Of a DNA stretch of 64,000 nt, positions 52,755 to 62,492 are shown piece after piece. The translations under genes and the position numbers were made by a program. This DNA comes from Octopus bimaculoides (taxonomy: Eukaryota): positions 24,707,064-24,771,063 of the forward strand of contig NC_068996.1 of assembly GCF_001194135.2 (NCBI RefSeq), read 5' to 3'. The notes beneath the pieces were generated by a model. The model was given only the letters and a program-made list of their open reading frames with translations. It was not told the origin of the DNA and did no database searches. The stretch's first letter is position 1, and each line of letters starts with the position of its first letter.

Positions 52755-55700
52755 GAAATAGAGGGGGATGCAGCTTCACACAATGTAGAAGACAACTGGA
52801 CGCTTCTACGAGACAACCTGCTGAGGGCCACTGACCAGATCTGTGGATGGTGCAAAGTCCCCTCTCGACCGAAAATAACGTGGTGATGGAACAATGTTGT
52901 TGACAGGGCTATTAGACAAAAGAAACAGGTTTGGAAAGACTGGATGAAAGGTGGTAGCAGGGAATTGTATCAGACTGCGAGAAGGGAAGCTAGGCGACAG
53001 GTTTATTTAGTCAGAGGGGAAGCAGATAGGAAAAAGTTTGCCAATGTTCTGTGCCGTGAGGACCAAAGTATTTCGTGTTGCAAGACAGTGTGTGAAAGAG
53101 AATCGTGATGTTGTGGGAGAGAAATGTGTTCGCATGGATGATGGTACGCTTGCACTAAACGAGGCTGCAAAGAAAGAGGTTTGGAGACGCCACTATGAAA
53201 GATTGCTCAATAAAGAGAATGAATGTGAGAAAGAAAGTCTGCCGAATGTCGACCCAACAGAGGGACCAGCAATCCGAGTTGACAGTACCATGGTAGATAA
53301 AGCAATTAAGAGTATGAAGACAGGGAAAGCCCCCAGCCCATCAGGAATCACGGCAGAGATGCTCAAAACATCTGGCAGTGTCGGCTATAGCCTAGTCACC
53401 CGTATTGTTAACCAGGTGATACACGAAGGAGTCATACCCAATGACTGGTGTAGCAGCACCATAGTCAACTGCTACAAAGGTAAAGGTGACGCTTTAGATA
53501 CAAATAATTACAGAGGTATCANNNNNNNNNNNNNNNNNNNNNNNNNNNNNNNNNNNNNNNNNNNNNNNNNNNNNNNNNNNNNNNNNNNNNNNNNNNNNNN
53601 NNNNNNNNNNNNNNNNNNNNNNNNNNNNNNNNNNNNNNNNNNNNNNNNNNNNNNNNNNNNNNNNNNNNNNNNNNNNNNNNNNNNNNNNNNNNNNNNNNNN
53701 NNNNNNNNNNNNNNNNNNNNNNNNNNNNNNNNNNNNNNNNNNNNNNNNNNNNNNNNNNNNNNNNNNNNNNNNNNNNNNNNNNNNNNNNNNNAACTGCTTA
53801 GAGAGCGAGTCAGTTTAGATGAGATGCAGTTTGGGTTTGTGCCTGGGAAAAGCACCACTGATGCTATATTTCTGGTAAGACAACTTCAGGAGAAATACAT
53901 AGCCAAGGATAAACCTCTGTACCTGGCTTTTGTTAACATGGAGAAAGCCTTTGATAGGGTCCCCCGATTCCTCATCTGGTGGTCAATGAGGAAACTAGGG
54001 ATAGAAGAATGGTTAGTGAGAGCTGTGCGAGCCATGTACAGAGATGCTGTCAGTAAGGTGAGGGTTGGCAATGAGCACAGTGAAGAATTCCGGGTAGAGG
54101 TAGGGGTCCACCAAGGTTCTATCCTCAGTCCCCATCGGATGTTAAACGATGATGATGATGATGATATATATATATGTATGTATTATATATACACATCAAT
54201 ATATATGATTGGCTTTTACTTTGCTTCTTTATCAAATTCCACTCCCACTGCATTAGCCAGCCTATGGCTATTTCACAAAATCTGTTTGTTTTAAGTGTAA
54301 TTGATTGACAATTACATAAAGTACAAATGAAGTTATAAGACAAAGACTGTATGGTGGTCTCTATCACGCACTAATGAGAATTCAATCGTTCCATCAACTG
54401 AATTACTTGCTCCTGATTAATGTGTATGTTACTGAGTATATCACAGATACACAAACTCTTAACATATTTACCAGGCAGAATCAGCATGGCAAAGTGTGTG
54501 TGTGTGTGTGTGTGAGACAAGGCTGTACTTTTGAAATAGGTGTTCAATCAACCTAATGGGCTTCTACACAGTTTCCATTTTACCCAGTCTCACTCACTCA
54601 ACCTGAAGCTATAGAAAATGACATTTGCTCAAGATGCCAGGCAATTGTGAAGCAAAACTTTTAACCAATTGGCTATATAGTAAACTACTGAACACATATT
54701 CATCAGTACAAACTACACTGCTACTAGTGCTGCCACTACCTTCTATCCTACAGTACTGTTCTTACTCCAATATGACTGGCCAAACAACAGATTTCACTAC
54801 CTACTTCACAGTTGAGCGGTCAATTGTAAAATAGACATTTTCTGTATCAGAAACCCCCTTATTTTTAAAGTGTTCATGTTTGAATTTAAATATTCCAATA
54901 TAATATTATGTTAAATCATAACGTTAACATAAATTTAATAATGACAGTTATTTTACTAAATCCCACCATATTTTTGATTATTTTCAAAAGTAAATGAAAG
55001 CCATAGAATGTGTATTTGCGAGAAATATAGATGCAAACAGGAAACATTTTGGACTGATTACATAAATTAGAACATTTATCACTAGTGGTGTCACAACTGT
55101 GGCTTGGGAAGAGTTTTGTCATGATAGACATGGAATGGGATTATTAGTGTTAACGATGTTAAATGATAGAATGAAATATGCAAGAAGCTTCAAAAGACCC
55201 TTGAGCATTTAAATGATAAATGGATTAGAATACTAGAGAGACAAACATATGGCTACAGAAAGTATACTTTGATGAATAATCAAAAATGTAAAACAGAGGG
55301 GGAAAAATGCATGTAAAGGATAAAACAAATATCATTAATAAAGTAAAAAAAGAAAAAGAAAACCATTTACTAACATCTGACAAGGCGAGTTGTCTTTGGT
55401 TGTTATAAGAACCATCCTTATATATTCCAGATGCCCAATCTCCATAAACCAGACCCTTTTGGACCCAAATTTCTGATTCGGGATTGTCAAAATCAGAAAA
55501 TACTTCTTGTTCTGATACATACACATACATATCCTGCAAAAGATTTTAAAAGTTGCATTGTAATCATTTTAGACAGTAACATGAAAAAAGTAAAGGAGAA
55601 AAGAGGAGGTGAGGAGAGAAGAGAAATGGTTGATAAAAATAATAGTAATTCAACTCTTATAAAATGAAAAAAAAAAGTATAACAATCATGTATACCTAAA

Positions 55701-58024
55701 ATACTGATTACTCAAAGAAATTTTGCTGTTTACCAAAATTAAAAGCTGTATAACCAACAACTTAACATGCTTTAACCCTTTAGCATTTAAACTAGCCATG
55801 TCTGGTCCAAATATTCTGTTTTATCTTCAAATTGAGCAGATCAGGCCTATCACACCTACCCCACAGTGTCATTCTAAAAAGCAATCACATCATCAAAATC
55901 TCAAAGCTACGAGATAATGCATGATTATTCAAAACAAAGTGAATAAATAAGCATTACATTTGACAAAGTAACCTGAATGCTAAAGAGTTAATCATAAATA
56001 TGATTCTATATCATCAGCCCACAAAAAGGCATATCCAAATACCAGTATGGTTTACTGGTATTAACCAGTATACTGGTAAACCATACCTGTTTCTAGACTG
56101 CAACAAGCAAACTACTTGATGAAATATATAAAACAACTTTTCACAACATCATCATTTTGATAAATTGCAATGCTGTGCTAAAGTCTAAAAATTTTATCAA
56201 GAGTAACCTCAAACTAATAAAAGAAAATTCCAAAGACTTCTTGAGATTTGTTAACATAGTCAAAAGAGAAGGAAGGAAAACCTAAAAATGTCAAGAACAG
56301 TCTTAAGAAAAATTAATAGTTGGAATTTTATCTGGAGTTATTTATTGATTAATAATTTAACAACTTGTAACTGTTTATTCTAAAAATTTACATGATCCTA
56401 ATGCATAATTTCAATATGTATTTCAGCTTTAACTTAGTTGATAAGGTGGCAAACTGGAGGGACATCAAAATGTCCGAACGCCTTGCAATATTTGTTCCAA
56501 CACTCAGCATTCTGAGTTCAAATCGCACTGAGGTCAGCTTGCCTCTGATCTTTTCAGGGTAAATATATAAAAAAACACCAATCCAGGATTATAGATAGGT
56601 TAGAGGAGTGGGAAAGATGCTTTGTAGTTCTGTGTCTCCACCCTCTGGAAGCAATGTTTGTAATGATACTGGTACCAAGCTAAATCATCCCAAGTTGTTG
56701 GCATTTGCCTTGGATGATACTGTCGGTTCAGAGAGGGGAGATTTGCATACATGGGCAAGTACCAGTTTCCTTCTAAAAATCTGTATAAAGAGTAAACAGC
56801 TTCAGTCATGAATGACCATGGAATTGCACTTAGAAAGTTACCCTCTGAGGCACAAGTCCAAGCAAAGTTGTTTATGTAAGATCAGCAGTCATCCCTGCAT
56901 ACCAGCCTCCCCTCTCTATGCCACTGATGTTATCCAAGGGAAAGGTAAAGGCCGATATAGCTTGGCACCAGTGATGTCACAACTCATTTCTACAGCTGAA
57001 TAAATTGGAGCAATGTGAAGTAAAGTGTCTTACTCAAGATTACAATACACAGCCCAGTCTGGGAATCAAATTCACTAACTCATCATTCCAACCTCTGAGC
57101 CATGCACCTTCATGCTTAGCTGATATACCATTATAAATAATAATTTGGATAAAGTTATATATTTTATTCTATATGTGTCATTAATAAAATCATTATTATT
57201 CATTTTTAATTGGCATATCTAATTAACAGTAATCATTATCAACTATACTGGGCAAATATATTGTCAAATTTTAAAATATCATCTATGAAATATCAGTTAA
57301 CTTGTATCTACTCAAAAGGCAATTTGGCATATAGCGATCAGCTAACACACACTAATATATAAAAAATATTTATTACAAACAGCAAGTTTGCAATAAATAT
57401 ACAAGAAATAGTAACATTATTGATGCTCATCTTAACATAAGCTCATTAAAGGAGAAGATATGAACTACAAAAATGTAGTGTGTGTTTTTTTTAAATTGAT
57501 AAATTTAAAACTTTCAGATTGAACTTCTGAAATTGTAAGTTTCTAAATAATGGTTTTTAATTTAGGCACAAGGCCAGCAATTTTCAGGAGGGGGTTAGCT
57601 GATGCCATTGATCCTAATATCTGACCAATACTTTATTTTATCAATCCCGAAAGGATGAAAGGTAAAGTTGATTATGACAGGATTTGAACTCAGAATCAAG
57701 ACAATCAGAAGAAATACTGCAAAGTGTTTTTTTCAACACTATAACAATTCTATGCATTTGTCACCTTACAGTTTCTAAATAATGAAAATTAATACTAACC
57801 ATAAGAAAACCTTTTGGAAAAACATTTGAAGACGGTTCTTGGACTGTCCGACTGTCAGTAGCAGGAGTTGGTGAACGTCTGAAGTAGCTGCTTACTAAAT
57901 AAATGAAAATCATTCTAATCAAAAACGTCTTTGCAATACCCCACATATTAAATCTGTTCCTCTGCTGCTGAGGCTGCTGCTGCTGCTCTTCTGTTTGCTC
58001 AACATTTTGATTTGCTGGTTCAAC
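8468..58024 (-). CDS. CLPTM1: Cleft lip and palate transmembrane protein 1 (CLPTM1), multi-exon, 5'-incomplete; 13 coding exons listed below
   Basis: The exons splice in frame with GT-AG ends and total 1833 nt. Family motifs recognised: [104 protein letters not shown]. From my recall of the human proteins these fit CLPTM1 better than CLPTM1L. Confidence 0.95.
8788..9165 (+). mobile_element. tRNA-derived SINE family A copy
   Basis: Head GTGGCTGTGTGGTAA...GGTTCAGTCC, internal (TG)n, tail AAGTAAAGGATAAAAGATA; homologous to many copies in the window. Confidence 0.8.
9205..9563 (-). mobile_element. tRNA-derived SINE family A copy, inverted relative to its neighbour
   Basis: Reverse complement of the same consensus (ACTTGTTTCAGTCATTAGACTGCGGCCATGCTGG ... 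CTTACCATGCAGCCACAC). Confidence 0.8.
11835..12045 (+). mobile_element. Mariner-derived MITE
   Basis: Degenerate TIRs GGGTGTCAAAAAGTCCCTGGCTTT / AAAGCAAGGACCTTTTCAGCACCC in TA context; internal frameshifted mariner C-terminus NKFVNLR..GEYVE*. Confidence 0.65.
15749..15916 (-). CDS. CLPTM1: CLPTM1 exon L ([14 protein letters not shown]...GCFRD)
   Basis: Acceptor ttacag, donor G/GTATGT, 168 nt, phase 1-1; most conserved family block. Confidence 0.96.
16643..16960 (+). mobile_element. TTAA-flanked (piggyBac-like) MITE with an internal inverted duplication
   Basis: Ends TTAATCCTTTAGCATT / AATGCTAATGGGTTAA; body homologous to the copies at 55772, 58214 and 59456. Confidence 0.85.
18139..18274 (-). 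CDS. CLPTM1: CLPTM1 exon K ([14 protein letters not shown]...[19 protein letters not shown])
   Basis: Acceptor ttccag, donor G/GTGAGT, 136 nt, phase 0-1; not in the ORF track. Confidence 0.94.
18487..18579 (-). CDS. CLPTM1: CLPTM1 exon J ([31 protein letters not shown])
   Basis: Acceptor ttccag, donor TTG/GTGAGT, 93 nt, phase 0-0. Confidence 0.93.
19218..19408 (-). CDS. CLPTM1: CLPTM1 exon I ([21 protein letters not shown]...KVVDIS)
   Basis: Acceptor tttcag, donor TCG/GTAAGT, 191 nt, phase 1-0. Confidence 0.95.
19430..20751. mobile_element. TA-flanked pogo/Tc2-like non-autonomous DNA transposon, ~1.3 kb
   Basis: Left TA-TCATAAAAAGCCATGTTATTTACGCA vs reverse complement of right TA-CCGTAAAAACTCATGTAATTTACGCA (5 mismatches in 26); subterminal partial TIR copies at 19492-19508 and 20666-20688. 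Confidence 0.75.
21618..21711 (-). CDS. CLPTM1: CLPTM1 exon H ([31 protein letters not shown])
   Basis: Acceptor ttgcag, donor G/GTAAGT, 94 nt, phase 0-1; transmembrane segment. Confidence 0.94.
22425..22655 (+). mobile_element. tRNA-derived SINE family B copy
   Basis: GCAGCAAGCTGCCAGAAACGTTGGCAC...GAGTTCAAATTCCGCC...GGGCAATAAAGAAATAAG; same family as 45904 and 49171. Confidence 0.85.
23513..23657 (-). CDS. CLPTM1: CLPTM1 exon G ([22 protein letters not shown]...EQDSVK)
   Basis: Acceptor tcttag, donor AAG/GTTTGT, 145 nt, phase 2-0. Confidence 0.92.
24578..24680 (-). CDS. CLPTM1: CLPTM1 exon F ([35 protein letters not shown])
   Basis: Acceptor tatcag, donor AA/GTAAAT, 103 nt, phase 1-2. Confidence 0.93.
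24867..24984 (-). CDS. CLPTM1: CLPTM1 exon E ([16 protein letters not shown]...PPPLDE)
   Basis: Acceptor ttacag, donor T/GTAAGT, 118 nt, phase 0-1. Confidence 0.94.
28008..28400 (-). mobile_element. SINE family A copy, low divergence
   Basis: Near-identical to 35468-35820 apart from a short insertion in the head. Confidence 0.85.
29060..29640 (+). mobile_element. RTE LINE 3' fragment
   Basis: C-terminal peptide [35 protein letters not shown], modular 3' UTR, (GAT)n tail. Confidence 0.85.
30890..32400 (-). mobile_element. Decayed RTE LINE fragments interrupted by a partial TTAA-MITE at ~31625-31740
   Basis: Reverse complement resembles the RT region of the 50695-52465 copy (e.g. ATCATCAGCTTATCAGGGATCTC, the YADD region); boundaries approximate. 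Confidence 0.6.
33769..33848. repeat. (GA)n microsatellite, ~40 units
   Basis: Directly visible; many other (TA)n, (CA)n and (GAT)n tracts occur, e.g. 2127-2156 and 39284-39357. Confidence 0.98.
34824..35011. mobile_element. hAT-type MITE
   Basis: TIR CAGGATTTCCCAACC / GGTTGGGAACCACTG; 8-bp TSD CAATAAGT / CACTAAGT (7 of 8). Confidence 0.7.
35468..35820 (-). mobile_element. Young SINE family A copy
   Basis: CpGs retained; head (reverse complement) GAAGTGGCTATGTGGTAAGTAGC...CCGGGTTCAGTCCC; internal (TA)/(CA) tract. Confidence 0.9.
36519..36604 (-). CDS. CLPTM1: CLPTM1 exon D ([29 protein letters not shown])
   Basis: Too short for the ORF track; poly-T acceptor ttccag, donor AAG/GTAAAA, 86 nt, phase 1-0; [13 protein letters not shown] motif. 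Confidence 0.92.
38148..38408 (-). mobile_element. RTE LINE 3' end, 5'-truncated
   Basis: (CAT)n-TAAACGTCCGCTTTCCATGCTAGCATGGGTTGGACG... is the reverse complement of the tail at 47190-47420 and 61700-61925. Confidence 0.88.
39400..40105 (+). mobile_element. RTE LINE 3' UTR, composite, containing a 10-N gap
   Basis: Modular GCCAGT..ACTGGC repeats and (GAT)n tail. Confidence 0.8.
40631..40945. mobile_element. hAT-type MITE nested in a SINE family A copy
   Basis: TIR CAGGGGTTCTCAAC / GTTGAGAATCCCTG (1 mismatch); perfect 8-bp TSD GACTAAAC at 40623-40630 and 40946-40953. Confidence 0.9.
41423..42245 (+). mobile_element. Tc1/mariner (DD37D, maT-like) transposase relic
   Basis: TA-CAGGGTGTTCAGACAAAATTTGACAC left end; QQDSASCH (D at 41856) and [17 protein letters not shown] (D at 41969), 110 nt apart, i.e. 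37 codons less a 1-nt frameshift. Confidence 0.8.
42801..42912 (-). CDS. CLPTM1: CLPTM1 exon C ([18 protein letters not shown]...YSSR)
   Basis: Acceptor ctctcag, donor A/GTAAGT, 112 nt, phase 0-1. Confidence 0.93.
45904..46134 (+). mobile_element. Young SINE family B copy with 13-bp TSD
   Basis: TSD AGAAAACCAACAC at 45891-45903 and 46135-46147; B-box GAGTTCAAATTCC; CpGs retained. Confidence 0.93.
46590..47830 (+). mobile_element. Decayed RTE LINE with a younger RTE 3' end (47190-47420) inserted in it
   Basis: Peptide remnant [30 protein letters not shown]; homology to 51100-51900 resumes after the (GAT)n tail. Confidence 0.75.
49171..49394 (+). mobile_element. Young SINE family B copy with 15-bp TSD
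   Basis: TSD GAATCTATAACACTA at 49156-49170 and 49395-49409. Confidence 0.93.
49823..50225. repeat. 26-bp minisatellite spanning an assembly gap, inside a minus-strand RTE 3' UTR
   Basis: Unit TCACGTGTCACCGACACAAGTGCCTT left of the gap and TCATGTGTCACCGGCACGGGTGCCTT right of it. Confidence 0.92.
50695..52465 (+). mobile_element. 5'-truncated RTE LINE (RT C-half, C-terminus, 3' UTR), frameshifted
   Basis: [44 protein letters not shown] at 51081-51095, GRGRPRKT. Confidence 0.92.
52750..54165 (+). mobile_element. RTE LINE fragment (linker and RT N-half) joined directly to the (GAT)n tail
   Basis: ORF 53038-54294: [73 protein letters not shown]; (TA)n on both sides; gap 53522-53790. Confidence 0.93.
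55375..55533 (-). CDS. CLPTM1: CLPTM1 exon B (DMYVYVSE...LALSD)
   Basis: Acceptor ttgcag, donor GAT/GTTAGT, 159 nt, phase 0-0; LVYGDW motif. Confidence 0.92.
55772..55991 (+). mobile_element. TTAA-flanked MITE
   Basis: TTAACCCTTTAGCATT ... AATGCTAAAGAGTTAA. Confidence 0.88.
56792..57112 (-). mobile_element. tRNA-derived SINE family C copy
   Basis: Reverse complement of 59875-60201. Confidence 0.75.
57800..58024 (-). CDS. CLPTM1: CLPTM1 coding exon A (first visible; VEPANQ...PKGFLM)
   Basis: Acceptor tttcag, donor ATG/GTTAGT, 225 nt, phase 0-0; contains Q-rich linker and first hydrophobic segment [21 protein letters not shown]. Confidence 0.9.
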
Positions 58025-58213
58025 CTGAAAGAAAGAAAACATGAAAATATTAAATTGAAAAACCCACCAAGCAAATTCTTACAACAGAAATTTATTAATT
58101 TCTCTTTTGCATCTCTTTTGGAATGGTGAAGATCTGGAAAATCCAAGCATTTATGACATTGGGAACTAATGAAATATTGAACAGTTGTTGCTTGCCAGCT
58201 TTCTTCAGTGAAT

Positions 58214-58441
58214 TTAACCCTTTAACATTCAAATCAGTCATATCTGGCCAAAATATTCTACTTGATTTATGTTCAAACTGGTAAGACCTAACCTCTCATA
58301 CCTACTCTACAATGTCATTCTAAAAATAAAGAACTACATGATTAAAATCTCAAGACGATGAGATAATACATGATTAATACAAAACAATGTGAATAAATAA
58401 GCATTACATTTGACAGAATAATCTGAATGCTGAAAGGTTAA
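58214..58441 (+). mobile_element. TTAA-flanked MITE
   Basis: TTAACCCTTTAACATT ... AATGCTGAAAGGTTAA. Confidence 0.88.
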
Positions 58442-59874
58442 AATCTAAATAATAGAACATTGGTATTGGTTGAACAACAGGCAGTGAATATATACATACA
58501 CAACCACTCAAATAGTACAAGAATGTTATTTGTAGAGAAAATAAAAACATTTCTTTTAAGAAATGTTAGTACCATTAACTTTGATAAATCTAAAGAAATA
58601 ATGAATATATTTAAAAGCAGTATCAATATAAATCTTGTGTCTAAAACACACATTTAATAAAATATCTATACAAACTTCTTTAAATATCTTCACAAGCTGG
58701 ATAATACTGTAATATCGTTTTACTACCTGTCCCAGCTCCCTGAATGTTATGGCACTGGATTGGTCTATCTTGAAATAGAGACTTGGCATACAAAGATTTA
58801 ACTATGCACCTTTTGCCCATGTGAGTATTCCCACAGAGTCAGCACAGAATTTTTTCATCCATTCACCTCACATGTCCTTAAAAGTATAGTTGTCTCATAC
58901 ATTTCAGCTGATACCAGGTCACTAATGCTCTACCACAAATATCACATAGAGCATGATCTTTTCATATTTTTTTCCTCTCACTAGTCTCTGAACCAATCAG
59001 ATTACCTACGTAACAAAGTTAACTATGCTTTATTGTCTGATTTATTTATAAGTTATATACATATGTATACATCATCATCACCACTTAATACCAGTTCTCC
59101 ATGCTGGCATTGGTTGCATGGTTTCTATAGCTGAATAGCCTTCTTAACGCCAACTACTTTACAGTGTGTATTGGGTAGTTAGTGAATTTTTCAACTAAAT
59201 GGGATAAGAGTGTTTCAATTAAATAAAACACACACATACAAAGCAATAACTAATTCTAACTGGCATGAATGCATCAACACTTTGCAATCAGCTTCAATGG
59301 TTCAAAAAGCAGTTCTTTTAAGATTTCCATTCATAACAAAAATTGAAAATTGATTTGAAAATAATTAAAGACTTATAATCTGTATTTGTTCTCAAGGAAT
59401 TCTTTATAAATGTTTTTTAGAAATAAAATACAAGACATAAGTTATTAGAAGTAGTTATTTAAACTAGCCACATCTAGTCCAAAATTTTCTACCTGTTTTA
59501 TGTTCAAACTGGCAAGATCTGGCCTCTCACACCTACCTAACAATGTTATTCAAAGCAAACAGTTACATCACTGAAATCTCAAAGCTACAAGATAATGCTT
59601 GATTAATGCAAATCAATGTGAATAAATAAGCATTACATTTGATGAAATCTCAATGTTAAAGGGTTAAAATGTGATTTCCTATATCCACTTTAACTGATAT
59701 TAACCATTGACCATGTATGCCTATACCCATTTTCCCATCACAGCATTCATCTCTATTCCCATCTTTAACCATCTGTTACTCCATCCACACTCTCATGAGC
59801 TTACCAACTCACCCACTCTTTCCTATCTTCTGTCCCTACACTCTCTTTTATAGTTACCTTCTTGTACTCTGATG

Positions 59875-60201
59875 TGAAGGTGCATGGCTCAATGGCTAGA
59901 ACATCGGGTTCACAAACATGAGGTAATGAGTTCAATTCCCAGACCAGGCTGTGTTATATTCTTGAGCAAGACACTATACCTCACATTGCTCCAGTCCATT
60001 CAGTTGTAGAAATGAGTTGTGATGTCAAGTTATATCAGCCTTTGCCTTTCCCTTGGATAACATCAATGGCATGGAGAGGGGAGGCTGGTATGCATGGGCA
60101 ACTGCTAGTCTTCCATAAACAACCTTGCCTGGACTTGTTCCTTGGAGTAGGATTTTCTAGGTGTAATCCCATGGTCATTCATGACCAAAGGGGGTCTTTA
60201 C
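59875..60201 (+). mobile_element. tRNA-derived SINE family C copy
   Basis: A-box TGGCTCAATGG, B-box GAGTTCAATTCC, body CTTGAGCAAGACACT...CCCATGGTCATTCATGACC. Confidence 0.78.
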
Positions 60202-61454
60202 TCTGTGACCTGACACATTATCACCATCTTTTTTTCTCTTTCCAGCTGGGGAAGCTAGGTACCTCCTCTACAGTACAACACTTGTTTTTCTCTCTCTCTG
60301 TCATGCCTCTCAACACTTGGCATAAAGCCACTTCCCTCAATACTACACATCCATTTAGTCATGGGAGTCTTGCCTTACAAATTACTTGGTGACCTCACTA
60401 GTGCCAGTGCTATGATAAAAGCACTTGGTACATGCTGTAAAATGGTTGTTGTTAAGAAGAATTTTCTATGGCTGGATATCCTTCCTGTTACCAACACTCA
60501 CCTATTTCAAAGATGATATTTCCCCATGACCAGACAGGTTTCCACAAAATATTTGGAACAAAGGATATTCTTTACATGATGGTGACACCATGTTGAAGCA
60601 AAGAGACAGCATGTATACACGTGCACACACTCACACAAAATGATTTTCTTCCAGTTTCCATCTAGCATGTTCAGTCACAACAATTTTGTTGACCTAGGAC
60701 TATAGATGTCACACAATGAGACAGAACCCAGGACCAGAGAGACAACATGCACTCACACACACACAAAATGATTTTCTTTCAGTTTCCATCTATCATGTTC
60801 ACTCACAAAGATTTGGTTGGTCTAGGGTTATAGGTGCCATGCCTGCACGTATAATGTAAATTAAATTAGCCAAGACAGTCCTGCTCAAAAATTTTAGGTA
60901 TTACTTCACATATCCACAAAACAATGATTAAAAGTATTCTTCATCTATCGTTTATCAGAATTGCTGATCAACAAGTGAGACTCAATATGGTTGCTTAAAT
61001 TGCTAGAAATAACAGCCAAACTACATCCAATCTTTTATGTTTAACTTGTTTTAGTGTCAGGATACAGGTAAGTTGGAACACCACCTTGAAGAATTTAATC
61101 AAACAAATCAAAACCAGTACTTATTTTTAAGTCTGGTACTTATTCTATTAGCGTCTCGTACTGCACTGTTAAGTCATGGGAATGTAATCAAACCAATGCC
61201 AGTTATCAAGTCATGGGGTGGCATGCACATACACACACAGATACATAATATATATAAAGGATGCATTAGATAATGTAATACAGTATATACAATTCCTGAA
61301 AATTGGATGTCATAGGCCTGGTTGGGGCAGGGACCATTCGAGGTTAAACAAGGACAACTACTCATTATGAAAATACCTATGGAAGGAGTCTAGGGTTGTT
61401 AGTTGTAATAAAGTCAGTAGCTATTCCTCACAACTGAAAAATTATTTAAAAATT

Positions 61455-61925
61455 AAAAATCGAAATCGAACTAATTTCGACAGCTGGCACCCATGCCAAC
61501 GTCGTCTCCTTCATTGGACATGAAACTCAGCTTGCGAAGACCTGTTGAGGCAAGCAAAAGCGAAATCAGGATGGCACCTGTGCCCAGCGTCGCCTTTCTG
61601 GCACTTGTGCCCGTGGCATGTGTAAGGACTTTCGAGTGAGATCGTTGCCAGTGCCCCTGGACTGGCTCCTGTGCAGGTGGCACGTAAAATACACCATTTG
61701 AGCGTGGCTGTTGCCAGTACCACCTGACTGGCCTTCGTGCAGGTGGCACGTAAAAGCACCCACTACACTCTTGAGAGTGGTTGGCGTTAGGAAGGGCATC
61801 CAGCTGTAGAAACTCTGCCAAATCAGATTGGAGCCTGGTGTAGCCATCTGGTTTCACCAGTGCTCAGTCAAATCGTCCAACCCATGCTAGCATAGAAAGC
61901 GGACGTTAAACGACGATGATGATAA
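61455..61925 (+). mobile_element. Young RTE LINE 3' UTR with tandem hairpin modules
   Basis: Repeated GCCAGT-n-ACTGGC and GTGC-n-GCAC modules; tail GGACGTTAAACGACGATGATGAT. Confidence 0.88.
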
Positions 61926-62262
61926 TGATGATAAAAATAATAAAGGGATAAATCAAATTTAGAAAGAAGTCTAGTTACAACTTTGCAAGCCCATTATTCA
62001 TGTATTAATAATATTCAACCTTGTTAAGACAGTGAGCTGGCAGAATCGTTAGCACATTGGGTGAAATGCTTAGTGGTATTTCATCCATCTTTAAACTTCG
62101 AGTTCAAATTTTGTTGAAGTTGACTTTGCTTTTCATCCTTTTGAGGTTGATAAAATGAGTACAAGTTGAGCACTGGGGTTGATGTCTTTGACTTACCTCC
62201 TCTGAAAACTTGAAAGCAATATTTGACCTGGTTGTAATATTTAAGTGGATCCATCTAAAGGT

Positions 62263-62492
62263 TAACCCTTTTGTTACCAACCTGTCTGAGACTGTCCTTG
62301 GTTCTAGAGAACAAATAACTGTTTTTGACGTGATCTAAATCAAAATATCATACTAATTTAAGTTCCAAATACCAGCTTAATGACAAAATTATTTTACCAA
62401 ATTTTTAATTATTTAAAAAATTAATTGAAAGGAAGTGTATTTTATCAGATATATGGTAATGAAAAGGTTAATCAATGTTTATATTCGAGCCA
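62263..62492 (+). mobile_element. TTAA-flanked MITE of a second family (related copy at ~37773-37970)
   Basis: TTAACCCTTTTGTTACC ... GGTAATGAAAAGGTTAA. Confidence 0.75.

Noticed and set aside
50695-54165. A single full-length active RTE
   Set aside because: The halves are in the wrong order, overlap in the RT, each has its own tail, and both carry stops or frameshifts
58727-58789. Candidate CLPTM1 first exon (ATG..MPSLYFKIDQSSAITFRELGQ, phase-0 donor CAG/GTAGTA)
   Set aside because: Weak donor, no resemblance to CLPTM1 N-termini, and it lies next to a decayed RTE-like C-terminus (GHVR*MDE); the real first exon is more likely outside the window
60603-60833. ~135-bp tandem duplication
   Set aside because: Diverged duplication of an internal SINE A segment, an ordinary repeat rearrangement
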